NCBI GenBank assembly: GCA_004213175.1
Contig: SHAT01000002.1
Location: forward strand, 9,767 to 73,766
Origin: Pseudomonadota bacterium
GTDB taxonomy: Bacteria > SAR324 > NAC60-12
DNA: 64,000 bases
Direction of reading: 5' to 3'
The notes below the pieces were generated by a model. It ran no database searches and was not told the origin of the DNA. It saw nothing but the letters and a program-made list of their open reading frames with translations. The position numbers and the translations under genes were made by a program. This document shows positions 19,863-28,246 of this stretch, one piece after another (the first letter of the stretch is position 1; every line of letters begins with the position of its first letter).

Positions 19863-20081
19863 ATGCAGATCAAGATACTTTATTGCGTAGTTTGAAACTA
19901 CGAACCACGCGCGGTCAGTTTGGCTGCGGAATTAAAAGATTCACTCGATGCTCAAGTAGAACTGCTTTCAGGCGAACGGGGTGATTTTGAAGTGGTTATA
20001 GATGGAGAATTAGTGTTTTCTAAAAAAAGTCTTTCAAGATTTCCTGAGGACGGTGAAATAACTAATTTAATCAGACCGTGA
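19863..20081 (+). CDS. SelW/Rdx-family selenoprotein (CVVU motif; UGA at 19893-19895 recoded as Sec)
   Basis: Translation reading through the TGA gives MQIKILYCVVUNYEPRAVSLAAELKDSLDAQVELLSGERGDFEVVIDGELVFSKKSLSRFPEDGEITNLIRP. The N-terminal CxxU and the C-terminal GDFEV..DGELVFSKK..RFPE are hallmarks of the SelW/Rdx fold. The ORF track misses the gene because of the internal TGA. Confidence 0.8.
19910..19928 (+). promoter_or_regulatory. Putative bacterial SECIS-like hairpin downstream of the SelW UGA
   Basis: C-GCGGUC-AGUUU-GGCUGC-G forms a 7-bp stem (two G.U pairs) with a G/U-containing apical loop. It begins 14 nt after the UGA. Confidence 0.4.
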
Positions 20082-20266
20082 CTATTCCTATACTAACCTT
20101 TTTAACCAGTAGCCTAATCAATCCAAAAAAGAGAGCCAAAATTCACCTAAATTCTGGCCATCAAAATTAGTATAACTGAAATTATTGTGAATTATAAAAC
20201 TTGAATTAAAACTTTCAATAGGATCCCTTAGAAACACTCTTGCATTTTACAAATGCAAGAGAACCC

Positions 20267-20485
20267 TTAGAAATCTGCTTTTAACGCAGCACGTATTTCG
20301 CGCTTAAGATCTTTATTTCGCTGTTTTGCAGCTGCTTCGCGCTTTAGCCGTTTTGCTAAAGATGGTTTACAGTGATATTTGCGTTTCTTTATTTCTTTAA
20401 AAAGTCCTTCCCTGATCAAGGTCCGCTTTAATTGCATCATTGACCGACCGACGTTCCCGTCACGAACTTCTACTTTGATTGGCAT
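20267..20485 (-). CDS. rpsU: 30S ribosomal protein S21
   Basis: 72-aa basic protein (MPIKVEVRDGN...RLKREAAAKQRNKDLKREIRAALKADF), a typical S21. Confidence 0.9.
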   Translation of the reverse strand: MPIKVEVRDGNVGRSMMQLKRTLIREGLFKEIKKRKYHCKPSLAKRLKREAAAKQRNKDLKREIRAALKADF

Positions 20486-20576
20486 ATATTAACCGCTTAT
20501 ACAAAAAATTTTAGAAGATGATCTTTTAATAACCCTTTATTATGATGCACAAAATAGACAAAGGCAATCTTTTTTA

Positions 20577-21284
20577 TTACTTTTTTTCAGTTTGTTCCTC
20601 TGGTGCAGGCAGTGCAGCACGTTTTTTTAATTCAAGTAATTCAGAATCCATATCTGTAGAGTCGTGTCCTAATTCTTCGAATTTACTTTCTAAACTATCT
20701 TTATCAGACCCACTGCTTATTTCCTGATAAGCTTCAGCACGGGCCTCCATATTTTCAACTTTTTCCTCCATTCTCTCAATAGTTTCCAGCGCTCCCGAAT
20801 TATCACCAAGTCCTTCCATGGTTTGAAATATTTTCTCCTGAGCTTCTGCCTGTTTTTGTTTTGCTAATAAAATACCTTTCTTACGTTTTATTTCATCTAT
20901 CTTATCTTCCATAGACTGGTAATTATTTCTGAGTATTTCCGCGTTGTTTCTATGCATTTCCAACTGTTTTTCAAAATCCAAAGCCCGTCTATGGTGTTCT
21001 TTTTTTCTTGTAAGAGCTTCTTTTGCTAATTCATCTAATTCCTTCTGTACAGCCAAAATTGCTTTTTCCTCCCATTTTTCGGCTTCTTTATGTTCTTTTT
21101 GGGTGTCTCGTTCCAGACTTTTTTGTAGCGCTAAGGCTTCTGTCATCTGCTGTTTAGCTTTTCTTTTTTGAACTTCTAGATCGGAAATCATTTGCTTGAG
21201 CATTTTTCCCGGATCTTCTGCTTTGTCCAGTAAGTGATTTGCATTTGAACGAAACAGGTTGAACAATCGTTGTATGATTCCCAT
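20577..21284 (-). CDS. pspA: PspA/IM30 (phage shock protein A / Vipp1) family protein
   Basis: 235-aa coiled-coil protein. The N-terminus (MGIIQRLFNLFRSNANHLLDKAEDP) matches the PspA family. It lies 18 nt downstream of rpoN. Confidence 0.8.
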   Translation of the reverse strand: MGIIQRLFNLFRSNANHLLDKAEDPGKMLKQMISDLEVQKRKAKQQMTEALALQKSLERDTQKEHKEAEKWEEKAILAVQKELDELAKEALTRKKEHHRRALDFEKQLEMHRNNAEILRNNYQSMEDKIDEIKRKKGILLAKQKQAEAQEKIFQTMEGLGDNSGALETIERMEEKVENMEARAEAYQEISSGSDKDSLESKFEELGHDSTDMDSELLELKKRAALPAPEEQTEKK

Positions 21285-21302
21285 AGTTTTACAGATAGTT
21301 GA

Positions 21303-23003
21303 TTAAAAGAGTTGTTTTCGCTTGTTTGAGGGCAGAATATTGAGTGCTTCGCGATACTTTGCGACTGTTCTGCGGGCGACTTTGATTCCGCTTTGCTTCT
21401 CAAGAATATCAGCGATTTGTAAGTCTGTATAAGGTGATTTCAAGTTTTCTTTCTGTACCATTTGCAGAATCATATCTTTAATACGTTTTGAAGAAACCGC
21501 ATCCCCTCTACCCTGATCGATACCGCTGGTGAAAAAATATTTTAGTTCAAATATTCCTTGAGGCGTATGTACGTATTTGTTAGTAGTGATACGACTGACG
21601 GTTGACTCGTGTACATCAATATCTTCTGCAACATCCTTGAGTACAAGAGGCCGCAAAAAGTGAATGCCGTGCTCAAAGAATTTCTTTTGAAAACGTAAAA
21701 TACTTTTTGTCACTCGATAAATGGTTTTTTGCCTTTGCTCAATACTTTTTAGCAACCATTGACCTGCTTTAACTTTTTCTAAAATATACTCTTTGGTGAG
21801 ACTACCGTCTTCTTCCATCGAGTTGCTCAGATCCTTATAATAATTGCTAATACGAAGCCGAGGCATACCTGCGGAATTTAAAGCAACTTTATATTCATCA
21901 TCTTTTTGATAGATATAGACATCAGGAATTATGTAATGGTGCGATGGATTTGAAATAAACTCACGTCCCGGTTTTGGCTCAAGAGACATTATCAAGCGAT
22001 AAGACTCAATCACATTTTCAAGGTCCTGCTTATGTCTTCTTGCTATCTTTTTTAGATCTTTCGATTCCAAAAGAGGCATGTCATTTTTGACAATACGAGC
22101 ACTCAAATTTTGGCTTTCACCCAAAAAATTCAACTGTATCAAAAGACATTCCTGTAAACTTCTAGCACCAACTCCATTTGGGTTAAATTGTTGAATTATT
22201 CCAAGAACATATTCTACAAAAGAGCACGCTGCTATTGATAATTCAGGTCTATTTGGACCTTCTTCCCGAATATGTTTGTTTTCTTCAGATTCAGCAACAT
22301 CTGTTTCCTTATTTTTTTTCTTCTTGGTTGTTTTGCCTGATTGGAACCGGAGATCCATTAATTCTTTGTCAATTTCTGGAAGTTCAGGTAATTCACCTTT
22401 TTTATGACACAGGTTTATTTGATCGTACAGATCACTCTGAGATTCCAAAAGTTCACGCACACTTGTTACCAAAAAACCATCTTCATCAATATTGCCAATT
22501 ATGAAAGCACCCGTTCTATATTCCAATGGAGAAAGATCCTGCATGTCTAACTGCCAGATGAGGTGGTCAGCTAGTGATTCGGTTTGTGCTGCTGTGGACT
22601 CAATAGAAGGGCTTTCCTCATCATCAGAAGAAATGTTATAGCGTCTTTCCTGATAACCTCCGAATTGTTCAACCTGTTCAATATACTGCTGCCAGTCAAT
22701 CTCATCCTGATCATTATTCTCATTTTCAATTTCATTTTCACGAGCAGTTTCGAAATCTTCCGTATCTGATACTACTTCAGGACTTTCAGCCGTTTCGACT
22801 GTTTCAGTAGATTCATCTTTTTTGTTGGGATAGGTATCCATGTCTATGCCCTCCTCAAGAACTGGGTTTTCTATTAGAGTTTGTTCAATTAACTCTTCCA
22901 GTTCTGTCCGTGACAATTGCAAAAGTTTAATAGCCTGCTGCAGCTGCGGAGTCATAATCAGCTGCTGGCTCATCTTCATTTGCATCTTCATCTGCATAGC
23001 CAT
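21303..23003 (-). CDS. rpoN: RNA polymerase sigma-54 factor
   Basis: The C-terminal RpoN box is ARRTVAKYRE. An X-link/HTH region is present, together with a Gln-rich N-terminus and an acidic insert. 566 aa. Confidence 0.9.
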   Translation of the reverse strand: MAMQMKMQMKMSQQLIMTPQLQQAIKLLQLSRTELEELIEQTLIENPVLEEGIDMDTYPNKKDESTETVETAESPEVVSDTEDFETARENEIENENNDQDEIDWQQYIEQVEQFGGYQERRYNISSDDEESPSIESTAAQTESLADHLIWQLDMQDLSPLEYRTGAFIIGNIDEDGFLVTSVRELLESQSDLYDQINLCHKKGELPELPEIDKELMDLRFQSGKTTKKKKNKETDVAESEENKHIREEGPNRPELSIAACSFVEYVLGIIQQFNPNGVGARSLQECLLIQLNFLGESQNLSARIVKNDMPLLESKDLKKIARRHKQDLENVIESYRLIMSLEPKPGREFISNPSHHYIIPDVYIYQKDDEYKVALNSAGMPRLRISNYYKDLSNSMEEDGSLTKEYILEKVKAGQWLLKSIEQRQKTIYRVTKSILRFQKKFFEHGIHFLRPLVLKDVAEDIDVHESTVSRITTNKYVHTPQGIFELKYFFTSGIDQGRGDAVSSKRIKDMILQMVQKENLKSPYTDLQIADILEKQSGIKVARRTVAKYREALNILPSNKRKQLF

Positions 23004-23118
23004 AAACTCTCGATAATCTAATTAAAAGTTTGAGAAGATTTTTTCAAAACACTCTTATTCTAGATGAATAATGTTTGTATACTAACAGTTTCTCTCCAAA
23101 TTGACGTAAAAGTCAAAC

Positions 23119-23847
23119 CTACATCGAGAAAGATTTTCCAAGGTAAACTTTTCGGGCCTGATCATTTTTAACTAATTCCTCCGGAGTACCGCCAATCAGA
23201 AGCTCTCCTTCATTCATAATGTAACCATAATCAATTATGCCGAATGTTTCTCTAACATTATGGTCGGTTATCAAGATACCTATGTTACGTTTCGCTAATT
23301 GCTGGACTATTGTTTGAATATCTGCGACAGCAATTGGATCAACACCTGCAAATGGTTCATCGAGTAGCATGATTGCAGGCTCAAGAACCAATGCACGTGC
23401 AATTTCTGCACGACGACTTTCACCTCCAGAAAGAGCATATCCTTTTATTTTTCGAACGTGCTGTATACCTAGTTCATTTAGCAATGAATCCAGACGATCC
23501 TGTTTTTCTGAACGACTCAGAGGGAGCATTTCTAATACTGCATTTAAATTTTCCTCAACCGTTAGTTTTCTAAAAATTGATCGTTCCTGTGAAAGATAAC
23601 CAAGTCCGGCTTTTGCTCGCTGGTGCATAGGATATCTAGTAATATTCTGACCGTCTAACATGATCGCTCCTTCTTCAGGGAGCTGTACACCCACTATCAT
23701 ATAAAACGTGGTGGTTTTTCCTGCACCGTTAGGTCCAAGTAGACCAACTACCTGACCTTGTTTTACTTCAAGTGAGATTCCTTTAACCACATGCCTACCA
23801 TTATAAGATTTTTTAAGATGAGAGGCCTCTAATTTTCTTATGCTCAA
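23119..23847 (-). CDS. lptB: LPS export ABC transporter ATP-binding protein LptB
   Basis: 242 aa, near-collinear with E. coli LptB (GLLGPNGAGKTTTFYM, LSGGE.RR.EIARAL, DEPFAGVDP, ITDHNVRET). It sits upstream of rpoN as in proteobacteria. Confidence 0.9.
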   Translation of the reverse strand: MSIRKLEASHLKKSYNGRHVVKGISLEVKQGQVVGLLGPNGAGKTTTFYMIVGVQLPEEGAIMLDGQNITRYPMHQRAKAGLGYLSQERSIFRKLTVEENLNAVLEMLPLSRSEKQDRLDSLLNELGIQHVRKIKGYALSGGESRRAEIARALVLEPAIMLLDEPFAGVDPIAVADIQTIVQQLAKRNIGILITDHNVRETFGIIDYGYIMNEGELLIGGTPEELVKNDQARKVYLGKSFSM

Positions 23848-23944
23848 ACGAATTCCCCGACTAACACTAAATTGACAAATAATGCAATTAAGTGTACAAT
23901 AAATAAAATTTTAGTTTAAATGATTGTAGCAGAACGAGAACAAT

Positions 23945-24280
23945 ATGCCAATCTATGAATATATCTGTAAAAGTTGCGAGCACGAGTTTGAAGAAGTGCA
24001 AAAGTTCAGTGAGACTTCTCTGGAGAAATGTCCAGATTGTGGACAAAACACTGCTGAGCGTCAAGTTTCGATGAGTTCATTTCACCTTAAAGGTGGTGGA
24101 TGGTACAAAGATGGATATTCAAACAATAAATCAGAACCAGAAAACTCTGGCAAAGACAAAAGTCCTTCAAAAATAAAAGAAACGACAAACTCAGAAAAAT
24201 CGTCGACAGATAAATTGAGCAAAACTGAAAAGAAAGAATCAACTTCAAACAAAAATTCCAGCAAAGAAAAAGCCGCCTAA
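23945..24280 (+). CDS. FmdB-family zinc-ribbon protein with Ser/Lys-rich tail
   Basis: N-terminal CxxC...CxxC (CKSCEHEF..CPDCGQ) followed by a low-complexity tail. Confidence 0.65.
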   Translation: MPIYEYICKSCEHEFEEVQKFSETSLEKCPDCGQNTAERQVSMSSFHLKGGGWYKDGYSNNKSEPENSGKDKSPSKIKETTNSEKSSTDKLSKTEKKESTSNKNSSKEKAA

Positions 24281-24319
24281 ATCTTATCTTTGCAGCCTCC
24301 TTTAGCTTAATCCTTCCTG

Positions 24320-24997
24320 ATGCAATTGTTTTTCCGGCAAACTTTCATTTTAGTCTGGAAAGATTTACTAATTGATTTACGACGAAAAGACAACTTCTTA
24401 TCGATCCTATTATTCTCAATTCTGACCTTAATGATTTTTCATTTTGCAATAGGCGATGAACCCGAATTGCTCATAAATGCACTTCCAGGAGTTATCTGGA
24501 TTGTGTTTTTTATGAGTGGAGTAATTGGACTTGGAAAGTCATACATTCAGGAAATGGAATCTGGCTGTATGGGTGGGTTGTTAACTACTCCAGTGGATCG
24601 TAGTGTTTTGTTTTTAGGGAAAATGTTAGCAAATACTATATCCCTTCTGTTTACTCAGCTGCTTGTCATTTCATTATGGCTTTTTTTATTAGATATTGAT
24701 GTACGATACTGGCTGGAATTTTTTCTTGTTCTACTTTTTGGCACAATAGGATTCAGTTCATTAGGTACACTACTGACAACAATGACAGCAACCGTGCGTG
24801 GTAAAGAAATGTTACTACCTATTTTGTTTTTCCCTTTGATGGTTCCAAGCCTTTTGTGTTTAGTCCATCTCACGGATTTTCTTTTTTTTGGATCTCACCC
24901 AGAAGAAGTTTGGTCCTGGTGGAAATTACTTTTAGGTTTTGATGTGCTACTCCTCACTCTTTCATTGCTGGGCTTTGAGTTTGTCGTTGAGGAATAA
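24320..24997 (+). CDS. ccmB: Heme exporter protein CcmB-like ABC permease
   Basis: 225 aa with six predicted TM helices. The N-terminus (FILVWKDLLIDLRRKD) matches CcmB. No ccmA or ccmC is adjacent. Confidence 0.7.
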   Translation: MQLFFRQTFILVWKDLLIDLRRKDNFLSILLFSILTLMIFHFAIGDEPELLINALPGVIWIVFFMSGVIGLGKSYIQEMESGCMGGLLTTPVDRSVLFLGKMLANTISLLFTQLLVISLWLFLLDIDVRYWLEFFLVLLFGTIGFSSLGTLLTTMTATVRGKEMLLPILFFPLMVPSLLCLVHLTDFLFFGSHPEEVWSWWKLLLGFDVLLLTLSLLGFEFVVEE

Positions 24998-25071
24998 TGC
25001 TTTTAGTCATAAATTCTCTTGCAATTTTTCACTGCCCAGCTAGAATTAAAAGCTACAACTACTGGTTGTTT

Positions 25072-25146
25072 TGGGGCGTAGCCAAGTGGTAAGGCATCGG
25101 GTTTTGATACCGTGATTCGCAGGTTCGATCCCTGCCGCCCCAGCCA
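25072..25146 (+). tRNA. tRNA-Gln (anticodon UUG)
   Basis: 75-nt cloverleaf collinear with E. coli tRNA-Gln, with a 7-bp acceptor stem and U1-A71. The D arm is GCC/GGC, the T arm is GCAGG-TTCGATC-CCTGC, and CCA is encoded. The anticodon loop is UUUUGAU. The anticodon stem has only 3 Watson-Crick pairs flanked by U.U and G.A. Confidence 0.75.
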
Positions 25147-25218
25147 GCAAATTAGTTTAGTGTAACTACTCTATTCTCTTTCAGTCCCCCCATGAATTGG
25201 AGAAATCTCTCCTGAAAA

Positions 25219-26031
25219 ATGACTGAAATTTCCCATCTCAAATATATTCAATGGCGTCCGATTGGTGTCTGTGATACCGGTACAGGTAAGGAACGTAAAG
25301 CCAAGATATTTTCCAGATTTGATCTGGCCTGTGTGACTGCTCCGGAAGTTAAACGTGATAACTGGCGTGAGCATCCTAAAGTTATTGATCTTATTCAACG
25401 TTATGGACGTGATGTAGCTGATCTTTCAAGTTTAACTAAAGACATGCTTGCACCAGAAATTGATGAAATTAAGCTAGTTGGTGCAGTTCTTGGTCATGAC
25501 CAAACACCAAACTTGAATCTAGAGTCTGCTGACGGTAAAGTACAGTTTTTTCAGGTTAGTTTCAAAGATGGAAAAACAAAAAAATCTGTCAATAATTGGA
25601 GAAAATGGCTAAAATGGATGTTTCTCTCAACAACAGCTTTTTTACTGATTATCTTGATATTTTTTATGATAAGCAGATTGTCTCAGTTATCTTTAAAACA
25701 CAATAAGCCGTCCGCTTCAGCTTGCAGTTCAAACAGACAGAATGCCGCATATACTTCTGAATTAGCTGGGATTCAAAAATCCATGTTGGCAGAATTAAAT
25801 CGTCTTCCGGCCTGGCTAACTTTTAAGGAAGCTCGTGTGCATTGCTCGAAAGGAAGTATTGGGGTCAAGCAACACGAACAGCGATTACTGCAGTGTTTAT
25901 TGAAAATACGTAACCGTACCAAAAACATTCCTGATTCAATCGTACTGGATCTCAACCAAATTAAAGCTTGTGCTATCAGTCTTTGTAAGCAAAAACTTTC
26001 ACATTTGGTTTCATTGTGCAAAAGATTATAG
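25219..26031 (+). CDS. Hypothetical protein with central TM helix
   Basis: 270-aa ORF downstream of the tRNA. No recognisable domain. Hydrophobic segment FLSTTAFLLIILIFFMI. Confidence 0.4.
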   Translation: MTEISHLKYIQWRPIGVCDTGTGKERKAKIFSRFDLACVTAPEVKRDNWREHPKVIDLIQRYGRDVADLSSLTKDMLAPEIDEIKLVGAVLGHDQTPNLNLESADGKVQFFQVSFKDGKTKKSVNNWRKWLKWMFLSTTAFLLIILIFFMISRLSQLSLKHNKPSASACSSNRQNAAYTSELAGIQKSMLAELNRLPAWLTFKEARVHCSKGSIGVKQHEQRLLQCLLKIRNRTKNIPDSIVLDLNQIKACAISLCKQKLSHLVSLCKRL

Positions 26032-26170
26032 TTTGCATAATTAGTTTGTTGTTGACAGAAAAACAAACTAATCATAGAATTTTTTGTAGTTTGCAATAAA
26101 ATATAAACCTAAATTTTTACTCAGAGAAACATAATAATATAATTCAATGCTAATCTGAGCAGGTAAAGAC

Positions 26171-26614
26171 ATGATAGACAAAAAACACATAGGTTACAAT
26201 TTTCCACCTGTTACATTGCCCGTGGAGGAGGGGCGCTTAAAATTTTTAGCAAAATCACTTGGAGAAACCAAGGGGATCTATACAGATCCGGATGCAGCAA
26301 AAGCAGCAGGCCTTCCCGGTTTGCTGGCTCCTCCTACTTTCCCGTTCATGTTAGAAATTGATGCTTTAGATTTAGTTGATTTCATGAGTGTTCTGGGAGA
26401 AACGTTGGATAAATTACTGCATGGAGAAGAAAATTTCAACTACTATGCCCCAATTTATGCCGGTGACAGTATAACTGTATGTAAAAAAATTACTGATATT
26501 GTTGATAAAAAAGATGGAGCTTTGCAATTCGTGATTTCAGACAATACTTTTACCAATCAGGACGGCATAATTGTGGCTGATACGAGGACCAATTATGTTT
26601 TCAGGCATCAATAA
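26171..26614 (+). CDS. MaoC-like hot-dog protein, N-terminal-type subunit
   Basis: 147-aa hot-dog fold (PTFPFML, GEENFNYYAPIYAGD). It is separated by 6 nt from a second MaoC-domain gene, suggesting a two-subunit enoyl-CoA hydratase. Confidence 0.7.
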   Translation: MIDKKHIGYNFPPVTLPVEEGRLKFLAKSLGETKGIYTDPDAAKAAGLPGLLAPPTFPFMLEIDALDLVDFMSVLGETLDKLLHGEENFNYYAPIYAGDSITVCKKITDIVDKKDGALQFVISDNTFTNQDGIIVADTRTNYVFRHQ

Positions 26615-26620
26615 AATATT

Positions 26621-27037
26621 ATGACCATTCCAACATTCGACTCTTTAAACGTTGGAGACAAAATTCCAGGGCTGAAAACTCCTTCCGTTTCCCGGCACAC
26701 TCTTGCACTTTATTGCGGAGCATCCGGAGACCACAATCCAATTCATGTAGATCTTGATTTCGCAAAATCATCAGGACTTGATGACGTAATCGCACATGGA
26801 ATGCTCTCTGCAGGTTATCTAGCCCAAATGCTCACCAATTGGGTTCCTCAATCTGCCCTCAAAAGTTTTAATAATCGTTTCACAGCAATGACTCAAATAG
26901 GCGATACTGTGTCATGCAGTGGGAAAATTGTTGAAAAATTTGAAAAAGACGGTGAAAAATTTATACGTCTCGAACTTTACACTAATACACCACAGGCACA
27001 AACCATCGTTGCAGAGGCAGTGGCTGTATTAGCATAA
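26621..27037 (+). CDS. MaoC-family (R)-specific enoyl-CoA hydratase/dehydratase
   Basis: 138 aa with the MaoC signature region (YCGASGDHNPIHVDLDFAK..G....IAHGM). Confidence 0.75.
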   Translation: MTIPTFDSLNVGDKIPGLKTPSVSRHTLALYCGASGDHNPIHVDLDFAKSSGLDDVIAHGMLSAGYLAQMLTNWVPQSALKSFNNRFTAMTQIGDTVSCSGKIVEKFEKDGEKFIRLELYTNTPQAQTIVAEAVAVLA

Positions 27038-27038
27038 A

Positions 27039-28235
27039 ATGTCAACTCCGCTTTCCTCACTAAAAATTCTCGATTTTTCGACTCTGCTCCCGGGGCCTTA
27101 TGCCTCAATGATGCTTGCTGATTTAGGTGCTGAAATATTAAGAATAGAATCACCAACTCGTCCTGATATAGTGAGAACACTTTGGCCTCAAGTTAAAGGT
27201 GGTTCTGCAACCCATGCGACACTGAATCGTTCCAAAAAATCCTTAGCTTTAAATCTTAAATATCCTCAAGCAGTTAAAATTGTTCAACAATTAGTAGGTA
27301 AATATGATATTGTTTTGGAACAATTCCGTCCGGGAGTAATGAAAAGGCTCGGTCTGGATTATGGGGAACTCCGTAAACATAATCCTTCATTAATATTTTG
27401 TTCACTAACAGGATATGGGCAAACAGGACCTTACCGAAACCGTGCTGGTCACGATTTAAATTATCTCGCCATTTCCGGAGTTAGTAATTGTAGTCGCCGA
27501 AAAAATGAACCTCCTGTACCGATGGGGATACAGATCGCAGATATCGCTGGTGGTTCATATCATACAGTAATGGGTATTTTGGCAGCGGTAATTCACCGTC
27601 AGCAAACAGGAGAAGGACAAGCGTTAGATATAAGTATGTCAGACGCAATGCTCAGTATGAATGTCTTTGGAGGTGCAAATTGGCTCGCAGGTGCACCAGA
27701 AGCCCTACCCGAATCAACCTGGCTCAACGGTGGGACATTCTATGATTATTATCAAACCAAGGATGAACGTTGGATCTCAGTAAGTAGTTTGGAACCTCAA
27801 TTTTTTGCTGCTTTGCTGAATGCAATGAAACTTCCAGAAACTCTTATTCAAACCTCTTTTGATGATCTGGAAGCTCAAACACATTTAAAGAGTATACTCC
27901 GTAAAAGATTTTTGGAGCGCCCTTGGTCTGAATGGGAGACAGCTTTTGCTGACATTGATGCATGCGTTGAATTGGTGTTAGAATTCTCTGAGGTAATGGA
28001 ACACCAGCATTTTAAAGCTAGAGGAATGATAACTGATGTCCCTACTTCAGATGGAGAATCTCATAAACAAATTGCCTCTCCATTTAAATTTTCTATATGC
28101 AATGCAGAATATCGGCATGTTGGGGCTGAACTGGGTGAACAAACTGAGACCGTCTTAAAAGATCTAGGATATACTAAAAAACAAATTGAAAAATTTAAAA
28201 ATGACGGTGTCTGTGCAGACAATAAAACAAATTAA
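27039..28235 (+). CDS. Family III CoA-transferase (CaiB/BaiF family)
   Basis: 398 aa. LKILDFS..LPGPYASMMLADLGAEI, RPGVMKRLGLDY and the catalytic-Asp region are typical of CoA-transferase family III. Confidence 0.85.
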   Translation: MSTPLSSLKILDFSTLLPGPYASMMLADLGAEILRIESPTRPDIVRTLWPQVKGGSATHATLNRSKKSLALNLKYPQAVKIVQQLVGKYDIVLEQFRPGVMKRLGLDYGELRKHNPSLIFCSLTGYGQTGPYRNRAGHDLNYLAISGVSNCSRRKNEPPVPMGIQIADIAGGSYHTVMGILAAVIHRQQTGEGQALDISMSDAMLSMNVFGGANWLAGAPEALPESTWLNGGTFYDYYQTKDERWISVSSLEPQFFAALLNAMKLPETLIQTSFDDLEAQTHLKSILRKRFLERPWSEWETAFADIDACVELVLEFSEVMEHQHFKARGMITDVPTSDGESHKQIASPFKFSICNAEYRHVGAELGEQTETVLKDLGYTKKQIEKFKNDGVCADNKTN

Positions 28236-28246
28236 TCGAGATATTT

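Noticed and set aside
23119-23847. The ABC ATPase as CcmA, the partner of the nearby ccmB
   Set aside because: It is on the opposite strand and its sequence is near-collinear with LptB including the C-terminal extension. Its position upstream of rpoN also fits lptB.
26171-27037. The two MaoC-domain ORFs as one gene split by a frameshift or recoded stop
   Set aside because: They are separated by a TAA (not TGA) plus a 6-nt spacer, with a fresh ATG and plausible RBS. Two-subunit MaoC hydratases are well known.
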